64,000 nucleotides of DNA from Candidatus Levyibacteriota bacterium (lineage in GTDB: Bacteria > Patescibacteriota > Microgenomatia > Levybacterales > UBA12049), in assembly GCA_041906785.1 (NCBI GenBank), contig JAYRIM010000028.1, positions 204,383 to 268,382 of the forward strand, read 5' to 3'. The translations under genes were made by a program, and so were the position numbers. The notes under the pieces were generated by a model that was given only the letters and a program-made list of their open reading frames with translations, made no database searches and was not told the origin of the DNA. Position 1 is the first letter of the stretch. Each line of letters starts with the position of its first letter. Positions 9,479 to 20,299 of this stretch are shown piece by piece.

Positions 9479-12046
9479 ATGATAATATCTTTTATTACTA
9501 CAGTTCTAAATGAAGAAGAGTCGATTGAAAAATTGCTGATTTCAATTTTGAAACAGACAAAATATCCTCATGAGGTGATAGTAGTAGATGGCGGTAGTAG
9601 TGATAATACAATTTCGAAAGTTAAGAATAAAATCTCAACTTTCAAAAAAAGAAATATCAGTCTCAGGGTGATATTAAAAAAAGGGAATAGGTCTGTTGGA
9701 AGAAATGAGGGGATTAAACAAGCAAAAGGAGATATTATTTTAATTTCAGATGCTGGTTGTATTCTGGATAAGAAATGGGTTGAGCAGATGGTAGCTGCAT
9801 TTGTGAATAAAGAGGTCGATGTTGTTGCCGGTTATTATAAAGGAAAGGGAGAAACAATATTAGAAAAAAGCTTGGTACCCTATGTATTAGTAATGCCTGA
9901 TAAAGTAGATCCAGATACATTTTTGCCTGCTTCTCGTTCGATGGCTTTTCGTAAGAGAGTATGGAAAGAAATTGGAGGATTTCCAGAAGAGTATTCTCAT
10001 AACGAAGACTATGTTTTTGCAAACCGTTTAAAAAAGAAGGGATATAAGATTATATTTCAGAAAAAAGCGATAGTTTATTGGCTGCCGAGGAGAACATTAA
10101 AAGAATCATTCAATATGTTTTTTCGTTTTGCATTCGGAGATATAGAATCAGGAATATTCAGAGAAAGTATTTTTTTGTTATATACGCGTTATGCAGTTGT
10201 TCTCTATTTACTTATACTTACTGCGCTTTATAAAAAAATAATCATACTTGTTGCATTATTTTTTGGATTTTTCTTATATGTTTTTTGGTCAATAAAAAAG
10301 AATTATAAATATGTCGCTAACAAACAAGCCATATTATTTTTACCTCTTTTACAATTAACAGCTGATGCTGCTGTTTTATCAGGATCAACATTTGGATTTG
10401 TAAAGCGAATCAGAAACGGGAATATTAAAAAAGTTATAAAAAACAATTTGTTATTGTTTTGTATTCTTTGTATTTATAGTATTTCCGTAATGGCGAGTAT
10501 CACGTGGGGCACACCGCACGAATCACATCCTTTTGCTTATCAAATGGATGAGTGGCATAGTTTACAGTCAGTTCGTTTTACATTTAAAGAAGGGTCACCA
10601 AATATTTGGGGAGCTGCACATGGATTCATGTTTTATTTTTTCATCTCGGGAATAATGCTTATTCCATTGATGCTAGTGGGAATTATCAATCCTTTCATAA
10701 TAAAATCTCCAGTTGTAGACGTTATTATGTTACAGAGAATATTTATAGGGCTTCGTCTAGAAACACTTTTATTCGGGATTACGAGTATCATTGCGCTATC
10801 CTATCTTTGTAGAAAGAATAGTAAAACATTTTGGTACATTCCACTAATTTTTTTTACTTTTTCACCTATCTGGTTAACACTGAGCAATCTTTTTAAATAT
10901 GATATTGCAGTTGTCTGTGGCATTATTCTTTCACTCATCAGTATATTCTATTACGCAAAGCGTCCTACCCTTATAAACTTTATATTAGTAGGAGTTATCT
11001 GTGCATTAGCATTAGCAATAAAAATAAGTAATGCTCCTTTATTCGTGATTTATATTTTTTCTTTCTTTTGGTTTACAAAGAGAAAATATAAACATCTTCT
11101 GGTGGGTTTCCTCGTTTTTATTTTCATATTTCTCATAACTGCAATTCCTGACTTGCTCTTAAAGAACAAAGACTATGGAGATCTCTTGTATGTTACATTT
11201 GTTTCTGGTCCTGCAAGTATAAGTAATTATAATTTAGGGATGCACTATGGTCTTTATCTCCTTTTGGAAGAAATTCCCGCTATGTTTGGCCATGCTCTTT
11301 CAATTCTTTTTTTCTTAAGTTTTATCTTTTTGCTTAGTTTTTTATTTGAATCGTATAAGAAAGGTAAGTTTTTTTTGTATAAATACGAGTTATTTGTAAT
11401 AATTTCTTTTTTTCTCTATATAGGAAGTCTTATTCCGATTGGTTTAGGGGCGGGTACTAATCGGTCACTCGTATTACTACCATTTGTTATTCTTATTATG
11501 AACTTTGCATTGGAGCATAGCATGAAGTATTCAAGCAGAAGGTGGAAGAAAGTAATTCTAATTTCATTATGCATAGGACTAGTATGGCAAATATTTGAAT
11601 CATATACGTGGCTTTCTGTGAAATATGCAAAAGATCCCAGGTTTATATCTTCAGAATGGGTGGTAGAACACATATCTCCTGGCACGTTAATAGGTATTGA
11701 AAATATACCCATTTATCAGATGCTTCCTGATGTCGTACTAAAAGAATTTTATTTACATGAATATAAAGTTTTATATAAAGGATTGTATCGATATGAAGTA
11801 ATTTCTGCACAAACATCAAGACTCCCCAAAATTGTGATTATTTCAAATAGCGAAGTAGAAAAAAAGCTTCTTAAAAAATCTCCAAAAAACGATTTAGTAA
11901 CCCGTTTAAAGAAAGAAAGGTACGTGCAGATTGCAAAATTTAAACCATATTTCAAGTATTATTCGTATGTTAATAATGAAATAAACTTCACTATGGCAAA
12001 TCTTATTCCCATGCCTACAAGTATAATTATTTATAAAAAAATATAA
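9479..12046 (+). CDS. fusion protein: GT2 glycosyltransferase + polytopic GT-C (PMT/ArnT-like) domain
   Basis: N-terminus IISFITTVLNEEESIEKLL...VIVVDGGSSDNT...ISDAGC is GT2-like (DxD region). From about residue 220 there are at least 12 TM helices, with a first-loop motif AYQMDEWHSLQ resembling the DE motif of PMT_2/ArnT-type GT-C enzymes. Confidence 0.75.
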   Translation: MIISFITTVLNEEESIEKLLISILKQTKYPHEVIVVDGGSSDNTISKVKNKISTFKKRNISLRVILKKGNRSVGRNEGIKQAKGDIILISDAGCILDKKWVEQMVAAFVNKEVDVVAGYYKGKGETILEKSLVPYVLVMPDKVDPDTFLPASRSMAFRKRVWKEIGGFPEEYSHNEDYVFANRLKKKGYKIIFQKKAIVYWLPRRTLKESFNMFFRFAFGDIESGIFRESIFLLYTRYAVVLYLLILTALYKKIIILVALFFGFFLYVFWSIKKNYKYVANKQAILFLPLLQLTADAAVLSGSTFGFVKRIRNGNIKKVIKNNLLLFCILCIYSISVMASITWGTPHESHPFAYQMDEWHSLQSVRFTFKEGSPNIWGAAHGFMFYFFISGIMLIPLMLVGIINPFIIKSPVVDVIMLQRIFIGLRLETLLFGITSIIALSYLCRKNSKTFWYIPLIFFTFSPIWLTLSNLFKYDIAVVCGIILSLISIFYYAKRPTLINFILVGVICALALAIKISNAPLFVIYIFSFFWFTKRKYKHLLVGFLVFIFIFLITAIPDLLLKNKDYGDLLYVTFVSGPASISNYNLGMHYGLYLLLEEIPAMFGHALSILFFLSFIFLLSFLFESYKKGKFFLYKYELFVIISFFLYIGSLIPIGLGAGTNRSLVLLPFVILIMNFALEHSMKYSSRRWKKVILISLCIGLVWQIFESYTWLSVKYAKDPRFISSEWVVEHISPGTLIGIENIPIYQMLPDVVLKEFYLHEYKVLYKGLYRYEVISAQTSRLPKIVIISNSEVEKKLLKKSPKNDLVTRLKKERYVQIAKFKPYFKYYSYVNNEINFTMANLIPMPTSIIIYKKI

Positions 12047-12136
12047 TTATTCGACATTGCTAATCTCAACTTGTTTCATTTAGTGAAAATAGTACAAACT
12101 AGTGGGCGGATGTGGTTATAGTGTAGAATTTCTGGT

Positions 12137-12496
12137 TTACTTTTTAGAATTTTTCTTTAAATCTCTTAATGCCTCATTTCGGACAAGTTTAGTAATATTT
12201 TTATCAAGTTGTTCAATAACTGATAAAAGTTTATAAATCAGCATAAATACTACAGTGAATCCAGTAAGAATAACTGTGGTATTATCATTAATACCCAACA
12301 TATCTGTGATTCTGCCTGCAAATAACGGGAATGCAGAAAATACTAAAATACTTAACCAAATAAATAAACTTGCAAAAAGTTTTAATAAAGACTGCCTCAT
12401 TTCTCGTTTCATGAATCTTTGCAGTCGATCGAGAATAAATACAATAGCTATAAAGCAAATAACGATTTGATACACAGATAAAGAATAAGGTTTCAT
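12137..12496 (-). CDS. small membrane protein, DUF2304-like (GT2 partner)
   Basis: 119 aa, 3-4 TM. Lies immediately downstream of and co-oriented with a DPM1-like GT2, a known genomic pairing. GtrA-like is an alternative. Confidence 0.45.
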   Translation of the reverse strand: MKPYSLSVYQIVICFIAIVFILDRLQRFMKREMRQSLLKLFASLFIWLSILVFSAFPLFAGRITDMLGINDNTTVILTGFTVVFMLIYKLLSVIEQLDKNITKLVRNEALRDLKKNSKK

Positions 12497-12498
12497 AA

Positions 12499-13167
12499 CT
12501 ATAATGATAAAAACATTCTATATACTGTTTTTAAGGCGTTCTTAATGTTTTGCCTCTCGCGTTTGCTTGTAGCGTATTTCGTATAATATACATTGACAGG
12601 CTCTTCTGCAAAGCGTAAATTATTTTTAACGATTTCTCTTATAACTTCACTATAAAATTCATAACGGTCACCCTGAGTATCTATACACGCCATAGCTTTT
12701 TTTCCATAAACTCGAAGACCACATTGACTATCTTTAATTTGTATTCCATAAAAAAGTTGAGTAATGAGATTTGCCATATAATTTGCCCAGATATTAAAAA
12801 CAGGCATAGTCTTTCTAGAAAGGTTACGGTATCCTAAGATAACATCATATCCTTTATTTAATTTATTTAGTAATCGTTCAATATCTTTAGGGTCGTGTTG
12901 TCCATCCGCATCAAATGTTACAACGATATCTGCATGTAACAATTTAGCAGCTTCCATTCCAGTTTTTACAGCTGCTCCTTGTCCTCGGTTAATACTGTGA
13001 TGTAAAAAAATGACATTTTTATTTTTTAAAGCATTTTTCGTATTATCGCTTGACCCGTCATCTACGACAATAATATTGTGATAACCTTCTTGTTGTAAGG
13101 ATTTTATTGTAGTTGGTAACATTTCTGCTTCGTTAAATGAAGGAATAACAATATATATTTTTTTCAT
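12499..13167 (-). CDS. GT2 polyprenyl-phosphate glycosyltransferase (DPM1/GtrB/ArnC-like), soluble
   Basis: MKKIYIVIPSFNEAEML...IIVVDDGSSDNT...FDADGQHDP (DxD). 222 aa with no TM segment. Confidence 0.8.
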   Translation of the reverse strand: MKKIYIVIPSFNEAEMLPTTIKSLQQEGYHNIIVVDDGSSDNTKNALKNKNVIFLHHSINRGQGAAVKTGMEAAKLLHADIVVTFDADGQHDPKDIERLLNKLNKGYDVILGYRNLSRKTMPVFNIWANYMANLITQLFYGIQIKDSQCGLRVYGKKAMACIDTQGDRYEFYSEVIREIVKNNLRFAEEPVNVYYTKYATSKRERQNIKNALKTVYRMFLSL

Positions 13168-13193
13168 AATATATGAAAATGTTTTCTATTCTA

Positions 13194-14120
13194 TTACTGC
13201 TTATGTAGATAGTATGTAATCGATTGACGTAAACCTTTTTGGAAAGGCGTTTGTGCTTTCCAACCAAGAATTTTCTCAGAATGATCAGTAGATGCCTGTG
13301 AGTAATCATAATCTGAGATCTTTCTAGGAACTGTTTTGACTCTTGCTTGTCGATTCATTAATTTTTCCAGCAAATTTAGGACCTCGATTATAGTAATTTG
13401 TTTGCCTGTACCTATATTAAAGATGCCATTTGCTTTTTGTGTAGATGCTAGGAAATTTGCATAAGCTACATCTTTTACAAACACGAAATCTCTCGTTTGC
13501 TGGCCTCCCCGTATAAGGACTGTTTTATTATTCATTAATTTTTGTATGAAAGTTGGAATAGCAGGTTTATGTCGTAAAGATTGCCGAGGTCCGTAAACAT
13601 TAAAATAACGAAAGATGCAGCAAGGAACACCATATGTATTTGAAATATATGTAAGATACTCTTCAATAGCAGATTTTGCAAGACCGTATGGAGATAAAGG
13701 TTTTGTCGGTGTATATTCATGAATTGGCATTGTGGTTTGTACCCCATACACGTTTGCAGAAGAAGCAAAGATAATATGACCTACGTTATTTTTTATTGCC
13801 TTTTCAATCAGCTTTGTTGTCATGAGTGTATCTTTATGAGCTCTCCAAGGATAACGTATTGAAAGTGATACATCAACGAGGTTTGAGGCATGGTGAATAA
13901 TATAATAAGGTTGATATTTTCTTAAGATCTTATCAATAGCATGAATACGATTTATATCAACATTATAGAAATCAACCTTCGAATTAATATTTTTTGCTGA
14001 CCCGTTTTTTAGATTATCGACTCCGATTACATGGAAATTTTGTTTTATAAATTCATCTGCGATATGAGAACCTATAAATCCGGCATTTCCAGTGATCAAG
14101 ACTGTTTTCCTATTTGACAT
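13194..14120 (-). CDS. NAD-dependent nucleotide-sugar epimerase/dehydratase (GalE-like SDR)
   Basis: VLITGNAGFIGSHIADEF Rossmann motif and YGLAKSAIEEY (YxxxK). Confidence 0.8.
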   Translation of the reverse strand: MSNRKTVLITGNAGFIGSHIADEFIKQNFHVIGVDNLKNGSAKNINSKVDFYNVDINRIHAIDKILRKYQPYYIIHHASNLVDVSLSIRYPWRAHKDTLMTTKLIEKAIKNNVGHIIFASSANVYGVQTTMPIHEYTPTKPLSPYGLAKSAIEEYLTYISNTYGVPCCIFRYFNVYGPRQSLRHKPAIPTFIQKLMNNKTVLIRGGQQTRDFVFVKDVAYANFLASTQKANGIFNIGTGKQITIIEVLNLLEKLMNRQARVKTVPRKISDYDYSQASTDHSEKILGWKAQTPFQKGLRQSITYYLHKQ

Positions 14121-14178
14121 ACTAATATGTACTTATATAATATTTTATGTTATCTCTACAAGAGTTTAATAAAAAATA

Positions 14179-15057
14179 ATGGAAAAAAAGAAAAAAATTC
14201 TTATTACAGGTGGTAGTGGTTTTATCGGGAGACACTTAACTCAACTTCTTCAAGAAAAAAGATACTCTGTATTCTGGCTTGATAAATCAGTAAAACATAC
14301 ATTACCTAGAGTTAAAGTCTTCCAGGGTGATATCCGTAATGAAACAATTGTTAATAAAGCGATGAAAGGTATGGATTATGTCTATCATTTAGCAGGATTA
14401 TTAGGAACTGAAGAACTTTTATTTAATACAATAGAGGCAGCTGAAGTTAACATCATTGGATCACTCACGATTATGGAGGCAGCAGTTAAGAATAACACCA
14501 AGTTATTACTTGTATCAAAACCGAATCCTTGGTTAAATACCTATTCAATTACGAAAGAAACAAGCGAAAAATTTTGCTTAATGTATCAAAAAGAATTCGG
14601 ACTTAAGGCTGTAATTGTTAAATGGTTTAGTGTCTATGGTCCAGGTCAAAAACATTATGGTGTTCAGAAGGCAGTTCCAACATTTATTGTTAGAGCATTA
14701 AAAGGAGAATCACTGCCAGTTTTTGATAGAGGCAGACAAACAGCAGATTTTATTTATACATCTGATGCAGTTAGAGCGACAATACAGGTGGCAGAATCTA
14801 AAAAAGCTGAAGGAAAAATCGTTGAAATTGGGACGGGGAAAGAAACGAGAATAATAGATTTAGCTAAAATGATTCTACGCATGACAGGAAGTACATCTAA
14901 AATTGAATATCTTCCGATGCGAAAAGGTGAAGATAGAGGCGCGAGGGTGGTCGCTGACATTAAATTATTAAATAAACTCACAAATTTTACCCCAAAAGTA
15001 GGTTTGGAAGAAGGAATGGCGCAGACAATTGCTTATTATAAAGATTTACTCAAATGA
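14179..15057 (+). CDS. NAD-dependent epimerase/dehydratase (short SDR)
   Basis: ILITGGSGFIGRHLTQLL and YSITKETSEKF (YxxxK). Confidence 0.7.
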   Translation: MEKKKKILITGGSGFIGRHLTQLLQEKRYSVFWLDKSVKHTLPRVKVFQGDIRNETIVNKAMKGMDYVYHLAGLLGTEELLFNTIEAAEVNIIGSLTIMEAAVKNNTKLLLVSKPNPWLNTYSITKETSEKFCLMYQKEFGLKAVIVKWFSVYGPGQKHYGVQKAVPTFIVRALKGESLPVFDRGRQTADFIYTSDAVRATIQVAESKKAEGKIVEIGTGKETRIIDLAKMILRMTGSTSKIEYLPMRKGEDRGARVVADIKLLNKLTNFTPKVGLEEGMAQTIAYYKDLLK

Positions 15058-16145
15058 AGATCGCAATTTTCCATGAATTGCCTCGTGGTGGAGCACGGCG
15101 AGCTATTAATTCTTTTGCTGCAGAACTCACGAAAACTAACCTGGTAGATTTATATATTGTTGAAGACAAGGAAGTAATTAAAGAACGGAAAAACTTTCGA
15201 AAAGTGTATTTTTATCGTTTTGTTCCAGAAGAATGGAAAGGTAAAAATTGGAAAGCAAGATTGTATAAAGATACAATTGAGCTTTTTAAAATTTATAAAT
15301 TACACAGAAACATTGCACGCATTATAGATGCAAAAAAATATGATGTAGTTCTCGTAAGCGCATCAAGATTTATAGAAGCGCCATTTATCATGCGATTTTT
15401 AAAAACTCCTTTTGCTTATTATATCCATGATCCATTTTATAGAATAGTTTATGAAGAGGTTGGAATGCCAAAAAATGTCGATTTTTTTCGTTACAACTAT
15501 GAAAAAGTAAATAGGTATATTCGAGGTGTTTTAGATCGACAAAACGTACATTTTGCTAAGCTCTGTTTATCACCATCAAGATTTATTGCCGAAAAGTTTT
15601 CCCGTATTTATAAAAAAGAGAATAGCGTGATTTATTATGGAGTTGATTCAAAATTTTTTTCACCTTCGAATACTAAAAAAGAGTACGACATATTTTATAT
15701 TGGCTCTCATGATTATATCGATGGTTATGATCTGGTAGAGAAAGCAATACAAACAATGCATAGAAAACCGAAAATAAGATCGATTTTCGTTGAAGAGGAA
15801 TGGATTTCAGAAGACACTGCATTAAGAGATTTATATCGAAAATCAAAAATTTTTTTAGCACCTGCTCGAAATGAAGGGTTAGGTGCTTCCTTAATGGAAG
15901 CAATGGCTTGTGGTATACCTGTAATTGCAGTAAGTGAAGCTGGGCATAAGGAATTGGTTATAGATGGGAAGACAGGCTATTTAATTCCAAGAGACGCTAA
16001 GAAGCTTGCACAACTTCTGGAGGAAATTTTGCCAAATTCAGAAAAGCTTATGGAACTCGGAAAAAATGCAAGAAAATATATGGAAACAGAATGGCTATGG
16101 AAAAAACGAGCTAATGAATTAGAAAAAGTACTAGAGAAGCTATGA
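15054..16145 (+). CDS. GT4 glycosyltransferase
   Basis: C-terminal GLGASLMEAMACGIPVIA...GYLIP motif region. 4-nt overlap with the upstream epimerase. Confidence 0.75.
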   Translation: MKIAIFHELPRGGARRAINSFAAELTKTNLVDLYIVEDKEVIKERKNFRKVYFYRFVPEEWKGKNWKARLYKDTIELFKIYKLHRNIARIIDAKKYDVVLVSASRFIEAPFIMRFLKTPFAYYIHDPFYRIVYEEVGMPKNVDFFRYNYEKVNRYIRGVLDRQNVHFAKLCLSPSRFIAEKFSRIYKKENSVIYYGVDSKFFSPSNTKKEYDIFYIGSHDYIDGYDLVEKAIQTMHRKPKIRSIFVEEEWISEDTALRDLYRKSKIFLAPARNEGLGASLMEAMACGIPVIAVSEAGHKELVIDGKTGYLIPRDAKKLAQLLEEILPNSEKLMELGKNARKYMETEWLWKKRANELEKVLEKL

Positions 16146-16975
16146 GCGTTAATCCAAAAACATTTGATAAAGATTATTATTATAACGTCTGTCTTGGGTC
16201 AGAAGAATTCAAAAAAAGTGGCGGTTTGACTCTGCATCCAAATGTAAAAAAGATGATTGATTCAATTGCGCTTTCAAAAGATATGGAAATACTCGAAATC
16301 GGATGTGGCAGAGGAGATACTGCTTTACATATTGCGAAAAAAGTTAAATCAATAATAGGAATAGATTATTCTTCCGAAGCGATAAAAATAGCAAAAAAAA
16401 TTCAGAAAAAATATCCTAAAAGAATTCAAGAGAAAAGCAAATTTTTGATAATGGATGCTACTAGACTCAAATTTGAAGATAATTCTTTTGATCTTGTTCT
16501 TCTTATTGATACACTCGATCATCTAGCCATACAGGAACAAGAAAAAATGTTTAAAGAAATTTCTAGAGTTCTAAAAAGTGGAGGGAAGATTTTTTTACGA
16601 ACCTGCACAAATCGGATTTTGCTAAATATAACTTTTCCGTATTACATTTATCCTTTAAACAAGATTCTAACATGGGTTGACCAAAAAATGAAGCGGATTT
16701 CTTATGCACCGTTACCTAAAAACCCGAGAACACCAGAACAAGAATACCAGCATATCAATGAGCCTGATTACTTTCAGCTTCAAAAATTATTTAAGAAATT
16801 TCAGTTAAAAGGGAAGATAGAATCACAAGTTGGTTTTTTAAAAGCTGGATCTAATATAAGAACTCTCTTCTATAACTTTGCTATAACCTTCTATCCACTT
16901 TCGAAATACTATCCTTTAAATGTTTTTTTTGCTTCGTCTTTCATCTGCAACTTAAAGGTTTATAAGAAGCAATAG
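16142..16975 (+). CDS. class I SAM-dependent methyltransferase
   Basis: ILEIGCGRGDTALHIAK (motif I) and LKSGGKIFL. 4-nt overlap with the upstream GT4. Confidence 0.65.
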   Translation: MSVNPKTFDKDYYYNVCLGSEEFKKSGGLTLHPNVKKMIDSIALSKDMEILEIGCGRGDTALHIAKKVKSIIGIDYSSEAIKIAKKIQKKYPKRIQEKSKFLIMDATRLKFEDNSFDLVLLIDTLDHLAIQEQEKMFKEISRVLKSGGKIFLRTCTNRILLNITFPYYIYPLNKILTWVDQKMKRISYAPLPKNPRTPEQEYQHINEPDYFQLQKLFKKFQLKGKIESQVGFLKAGSNIRTLFYNFAITFYPLSKYYPLNVFFASSFICNLKVYKKQ

Positions 16976-16985
16976 AATATTATGT

Positions 16986-19235
16986 TCAAATATCGGATAT
17001 AACTTTTTGACAATGTGTGACACAATAAAACTTTTCGTTTTCTTCACTTCTGAGTAATATCCCTTTTTTAGTTAAATATTTTTCAAGGTCATGTTCTCTT
17101 ACATAAAAATATTTTATTTGATACTTTTTAACATACTCATCTAATATTGCAGTATCATCATATTCATTTGGCAGCTTAAGAGGGATTAAAATTACTGGAC
17201 GACCAGTATATAGATATAAAAAAGAAGTGTCTCGGCTGGCTATTATACCGTCTTTCTCTGTATTTTTTCTTATCCATGAATACATAGGTTGGGATTTTGT
17301 TTCTTCAAGAGAACCAATACTTTTACGTATCCATAACAGTTGATGCACATCAAATATAAGATATATACATAATGTTATTGCACTTGCTACATAAACTAGT
17401 TGTCTTATTCGATTTGTTAAAACAAAAAATAAAAAAACAGAAAACATATAGGTAAGTGCAATATGGCGTTCGGGTTGAAAAAATACGGACCATGTGAAAG
17501 TAACTATTAAAAACAAAAAAAGTGAAAACAGCAAAACTGGTAAAATACTTACGAATAATAATCGGGTAGGTCTAAATCTTTTATAGAGAAAAAGAAGAGG
17601 AATTATTGATAGAGTACTCAGGAAACGGAACCCTACTAAACTTAAAAAATTTTCGATATTATTCTGTGCTATTCGAGTAGTTATCGCAAGAAAATTATTT
17701 TGTATAAATACGAGAGGAGAAGGAAAAGGACTATAGAAACTATAAACACCTTCATAGAAATGAAGTACTACAAAATGATATGCGTAGAAAGTAAAAAAAG
17801 GTTTACCAAAAATAGTATAATTAATGATGAAATTCGGTATAGATGTGAGAAAGAATGATATTGTTGCAATGCTAAGTAGGACCAGCTTTTTTTTGTTTGT
17901 TACATGAGTTAATCCAACCGAGATAAGAAGAAGTATGCCTTCAATCCTAGTAAGATAACCTAAAGCAGCGATAAAACCTAAGCTAATGTATTTCTTTTTT
18001 GAATCTTTAAGATAAAAATATATTATAAAAAAAATTAATACAAGAAAATAAAAAATTTGTTCGCTTAAAATAAACCTATTCTCAATTATTAAATTTGGAT
18101 TAGATGCAATAAGTAGTATTCCAATAAATGCAGTCTTTTTTGTAATAAACTTTTGAAGTAATATATAAAATAAAACTACATTGACTGCACCCAATATTAA
18201 ATTGAATCCTTGCAATATATAATAATCGTTTTTTATTCTGAGAAGTAAAGAATATATGAAGGGTGTAAAAAATGGTCTACTAAAATTCCCGGATGCAAAA
18301 ACCGGTGAATCATCGAAAAAATGAGATTTTATTGATCTTATGTATCCTTTTCCCGTTGCTAAGTTTTCCGCGACATTAATATAATCAATGCTATCTGGAG
18401 TCCGCATGAATTCTGTATAAAGTAAAGGTAAACGAAAAATAAGAGCAATAAGAAATAAAAAGGTTAATAATATATAACTTTTTTGAAGGAAAGTAATAAG
18501 CTTTTGTCTTTTGAGTAACTGAACAAATCTTTCTCTAATTGCCCATAAATAGATATACAAATATTTTGGTGTTCTTTTAAAGATATTAAATTTTGATTTT
18601 CCTTCAGTTCTCCCTTGCCAAACAGTTGGTACTTCTGCAATTTTTGCTCCCTTGAAATATGCCTGTAATGTAAGAAACATCGATATTTCCACCCCAAATC
18701 TTGCATCAAAGTTTAAACTTTTAATAAGATTTTTCTTATAGATTTTAAAAGAGTTGCTAATATCATGTGTCGGAATACCTGTTATCTGTTTTAAACTTAA
18801 GCATATAACTTTTGAAAAAAAACCTTGTAACCTCGCCCCACCTATCTTTCTGCCTTTCTCCATATATCTTGATCCAGCTACTATGTCATATCCTTCTTGT
18901 ATTTTTTTATACATTCTATTGATTGTTTCAGGGTCATCACATAAATCTGCCATTACTGGTAAAACATATTCTGATTGAGAATGTAAAAATCCAAGATACA
19001 ATGCATTTCCAAATCCTTTTCTGTCTGATGTTGTTTTTAATAATGTAACATTTTTGTGCTTGAGTATATAATTTTTGACTAGCTTTGCAGTCTCATCTGT
19101 TGATTGGTCATCTACTACAAGATATCTACACGGAACTTTAACAAACCTTTGTAACTTATCTAATGTCTTAATGATAGTAAATTGTTCGTTGCGGGCTGGG
19201 ATAATGATAGTTAATCTATGAAATTTAGTTTTCAT
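16986..19235 (-). CDS. fusion protein: GT2 (DPM1-like) + polytopic GT-C (PMT_2/ArnT-like) domain
   Basis: N-terminus LTIIIPARNEQFTIIKTLDKL...YLVVDDQSTDET is GT2. From about residue 250 there are at least 12 TM helices, with first-loop motif DSIDYINVAENLATGKGY resembling the ArnT/PMT_2 D-x-x-Y...A..L..G.G motif. Confidence 0.75.
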   Translation of the reverse strand: MKTKFHRLTIIIPARNEQFTIIKTLDKLQRFVKVPCRYLVVDDQSTDETAKLVKNYILKHKNVTLLKTTSDRKGFGNALYLGFLHSQSEYVLPVMADLCDDPETINRMYKKIQEGYDIVAGSRYMEKGRKIGGARLQGFFSKVICLSLKQITGIPTHDISNSFKIYKKNLIKSLNFDARFGVEISMFLTLQAYFKGAKIAEVPTVWQGRTEGKSKFNIFKRTPKYLYIYLWAIRERFVQLLKRQKLITFLQKSYILLTFLFLIALIFRLPLLYTEFMRTPDSIDYINVAENLATGKGYIRSIKSHFFDDSPVFASGNFSRPFFTPFIYSLLLRIKNDYYILQGFNLILGAVNVVLFYILLQKFITKKTAFIGILLIASNPNLIIENRFILSEQIFYFLVLIFFIIYFYLKDSKKKYISLGFIAALGYLTRIEGILLLISVGLTHVTNKKKLVLLSIATISFFLTSIPNFIINYTIFGKPFFTFYAYHFVVLHFYEGVYSFYSPFPSPLVFIQNNFLAITTRIAQNNIENFLSLVGFRFLSTLSIIPLLFLYKRFRPTRLLFVSILPVLLFSLFLFLIVTFTWSVFFQPERHIALTYMFSVFLFFVLTNRIRQLVYVASAITLCIYLIFDVHQLLWIRKSIGSLEETKSQPMYSWIRKNTEKDGIIASRDTSFLYLYTGRPVILIPLKLPNEYDDTAILDEYVKKYQIKYFYVREHDLEKYLTKKGILLRSEENEKFYCVTHCQKVISDI

Positions 19236-19257
19236 TTACATTATAATTATACCAGCG

Positions 19258-20283
19258 ATGAATCTTCTTATAACTGGTGGATGCGGATTTATTGGTACAA
19301 ATATTGCTCTTGAAGCTCGTAAACGTGGATATAGAGTAGTAGCATTTGATTCACTTTTCCGTGACGGAGTTGAACAAAATGTGTCTATTCTAGAAAAAGC
19401 AGGAGTGGAAGTATTTCGGGGAGATGTAAGATGTGAAGAAGATATTAAGAGATTAAAAATTGAATGTGGAATATTTAATGGCATAATTCATCTTGCAGCA
19501 AATCCGTCTGTGCCATTCTCTATTCGATATCCACGATATGACTTTGAAGTTAATGTAGTTGGAACAATAAATATGCTTGAACTTGCCCAGAAGATGAATA
19601 ACTGTCCCTTTATTTTTGCATCTACAAGTAAAGTATATTCAGATATAATGAACGATTTACCAGTCATCGAAGAAAAAACACGCTATCTTTGGGAAGATAC
19701 TCGATTTGAAGGAATAAACGAGGTATATCCAATTGATGGATTTGGGAAATATCCACATTCCCCATATGGTATTTCAAAGCTTGCAGCAGATCAGTATTGT
19801 CAAGAATATTTTCATATGTTTGGAGTCCCTACGGTAGTGAACCGAATGGGGTGTATCTATGGGTATTACCAAAAAGGTGTCGCTGACCAGGGATGGATAG
19901 ACTGGTTCATCAGGTCAATCGGATTTGGAGATAAAAACATTATATTTTATGGTAACGGAAAACAAGTACGTGATATGCTTTGGGTAGAGGATGTTGCCCG
20001 ACTATATATTGACGAACTTGAAAATATTGACAAAGTGAAGGGAGAGGTATTTACAGTTGGAGGAGGAAAGGAAAATACATTGAGCCTGTCAGAAGCTGTG
20101 CAAGAAATTGAAAAAATAACCGGTAAGAAAGCAAAAATTACTAAAAAAGAATGGAGACATGCAGATCAGAAGATCTACATTTCAGATATTAAAAAAGTGA
20201 AAAAAGTACTTTCTTGGAACCCCACAATCTCGCCGAAAGAAGGAATAAAACAGATATATAAAAAATATAAAGAATATTTGTAA
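19258..20283 (+). CDS. NAD-dependent nucleotide-sugar epimerase/dehydratase (extended SDR)
   Basis: LLITGGCGFIGTNIALEA and YGISKLAADQY (YxxxK). Confidence 0.8.
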   Translation: MNLLITGGCGFIGTNIALEARKRGYRVVAFDSLFRDGVEQNVSILEKAGVEVFRGDVRCEEDIKRLKIECGIFNGIIHLAANPSVPFSIRYPRYDFEVNVVGTINMLELAQKMNNCPFIFASTSKVYSDIMNDLPVIEEKTRYLWEDTRFEGINEVYPIDGFGKYPHSPYGISKLAADQYCQEYFHMFGVPTVVNRMGCIYGYYQKGVADQGWIDWFIRSIGFGDKNIIFYGNGKQVRDMLWVEDVARLYIDELENIDKVKGEVFTVGGGKENTLSLSEAVQEIEKITGKKAKITKKEWRHADQKIYISDIKKVKKVLSWNPTISPKEGIKQIYKKYKEYL

Positions 20284-20299
20284 CTTTGAATTTTTTAAA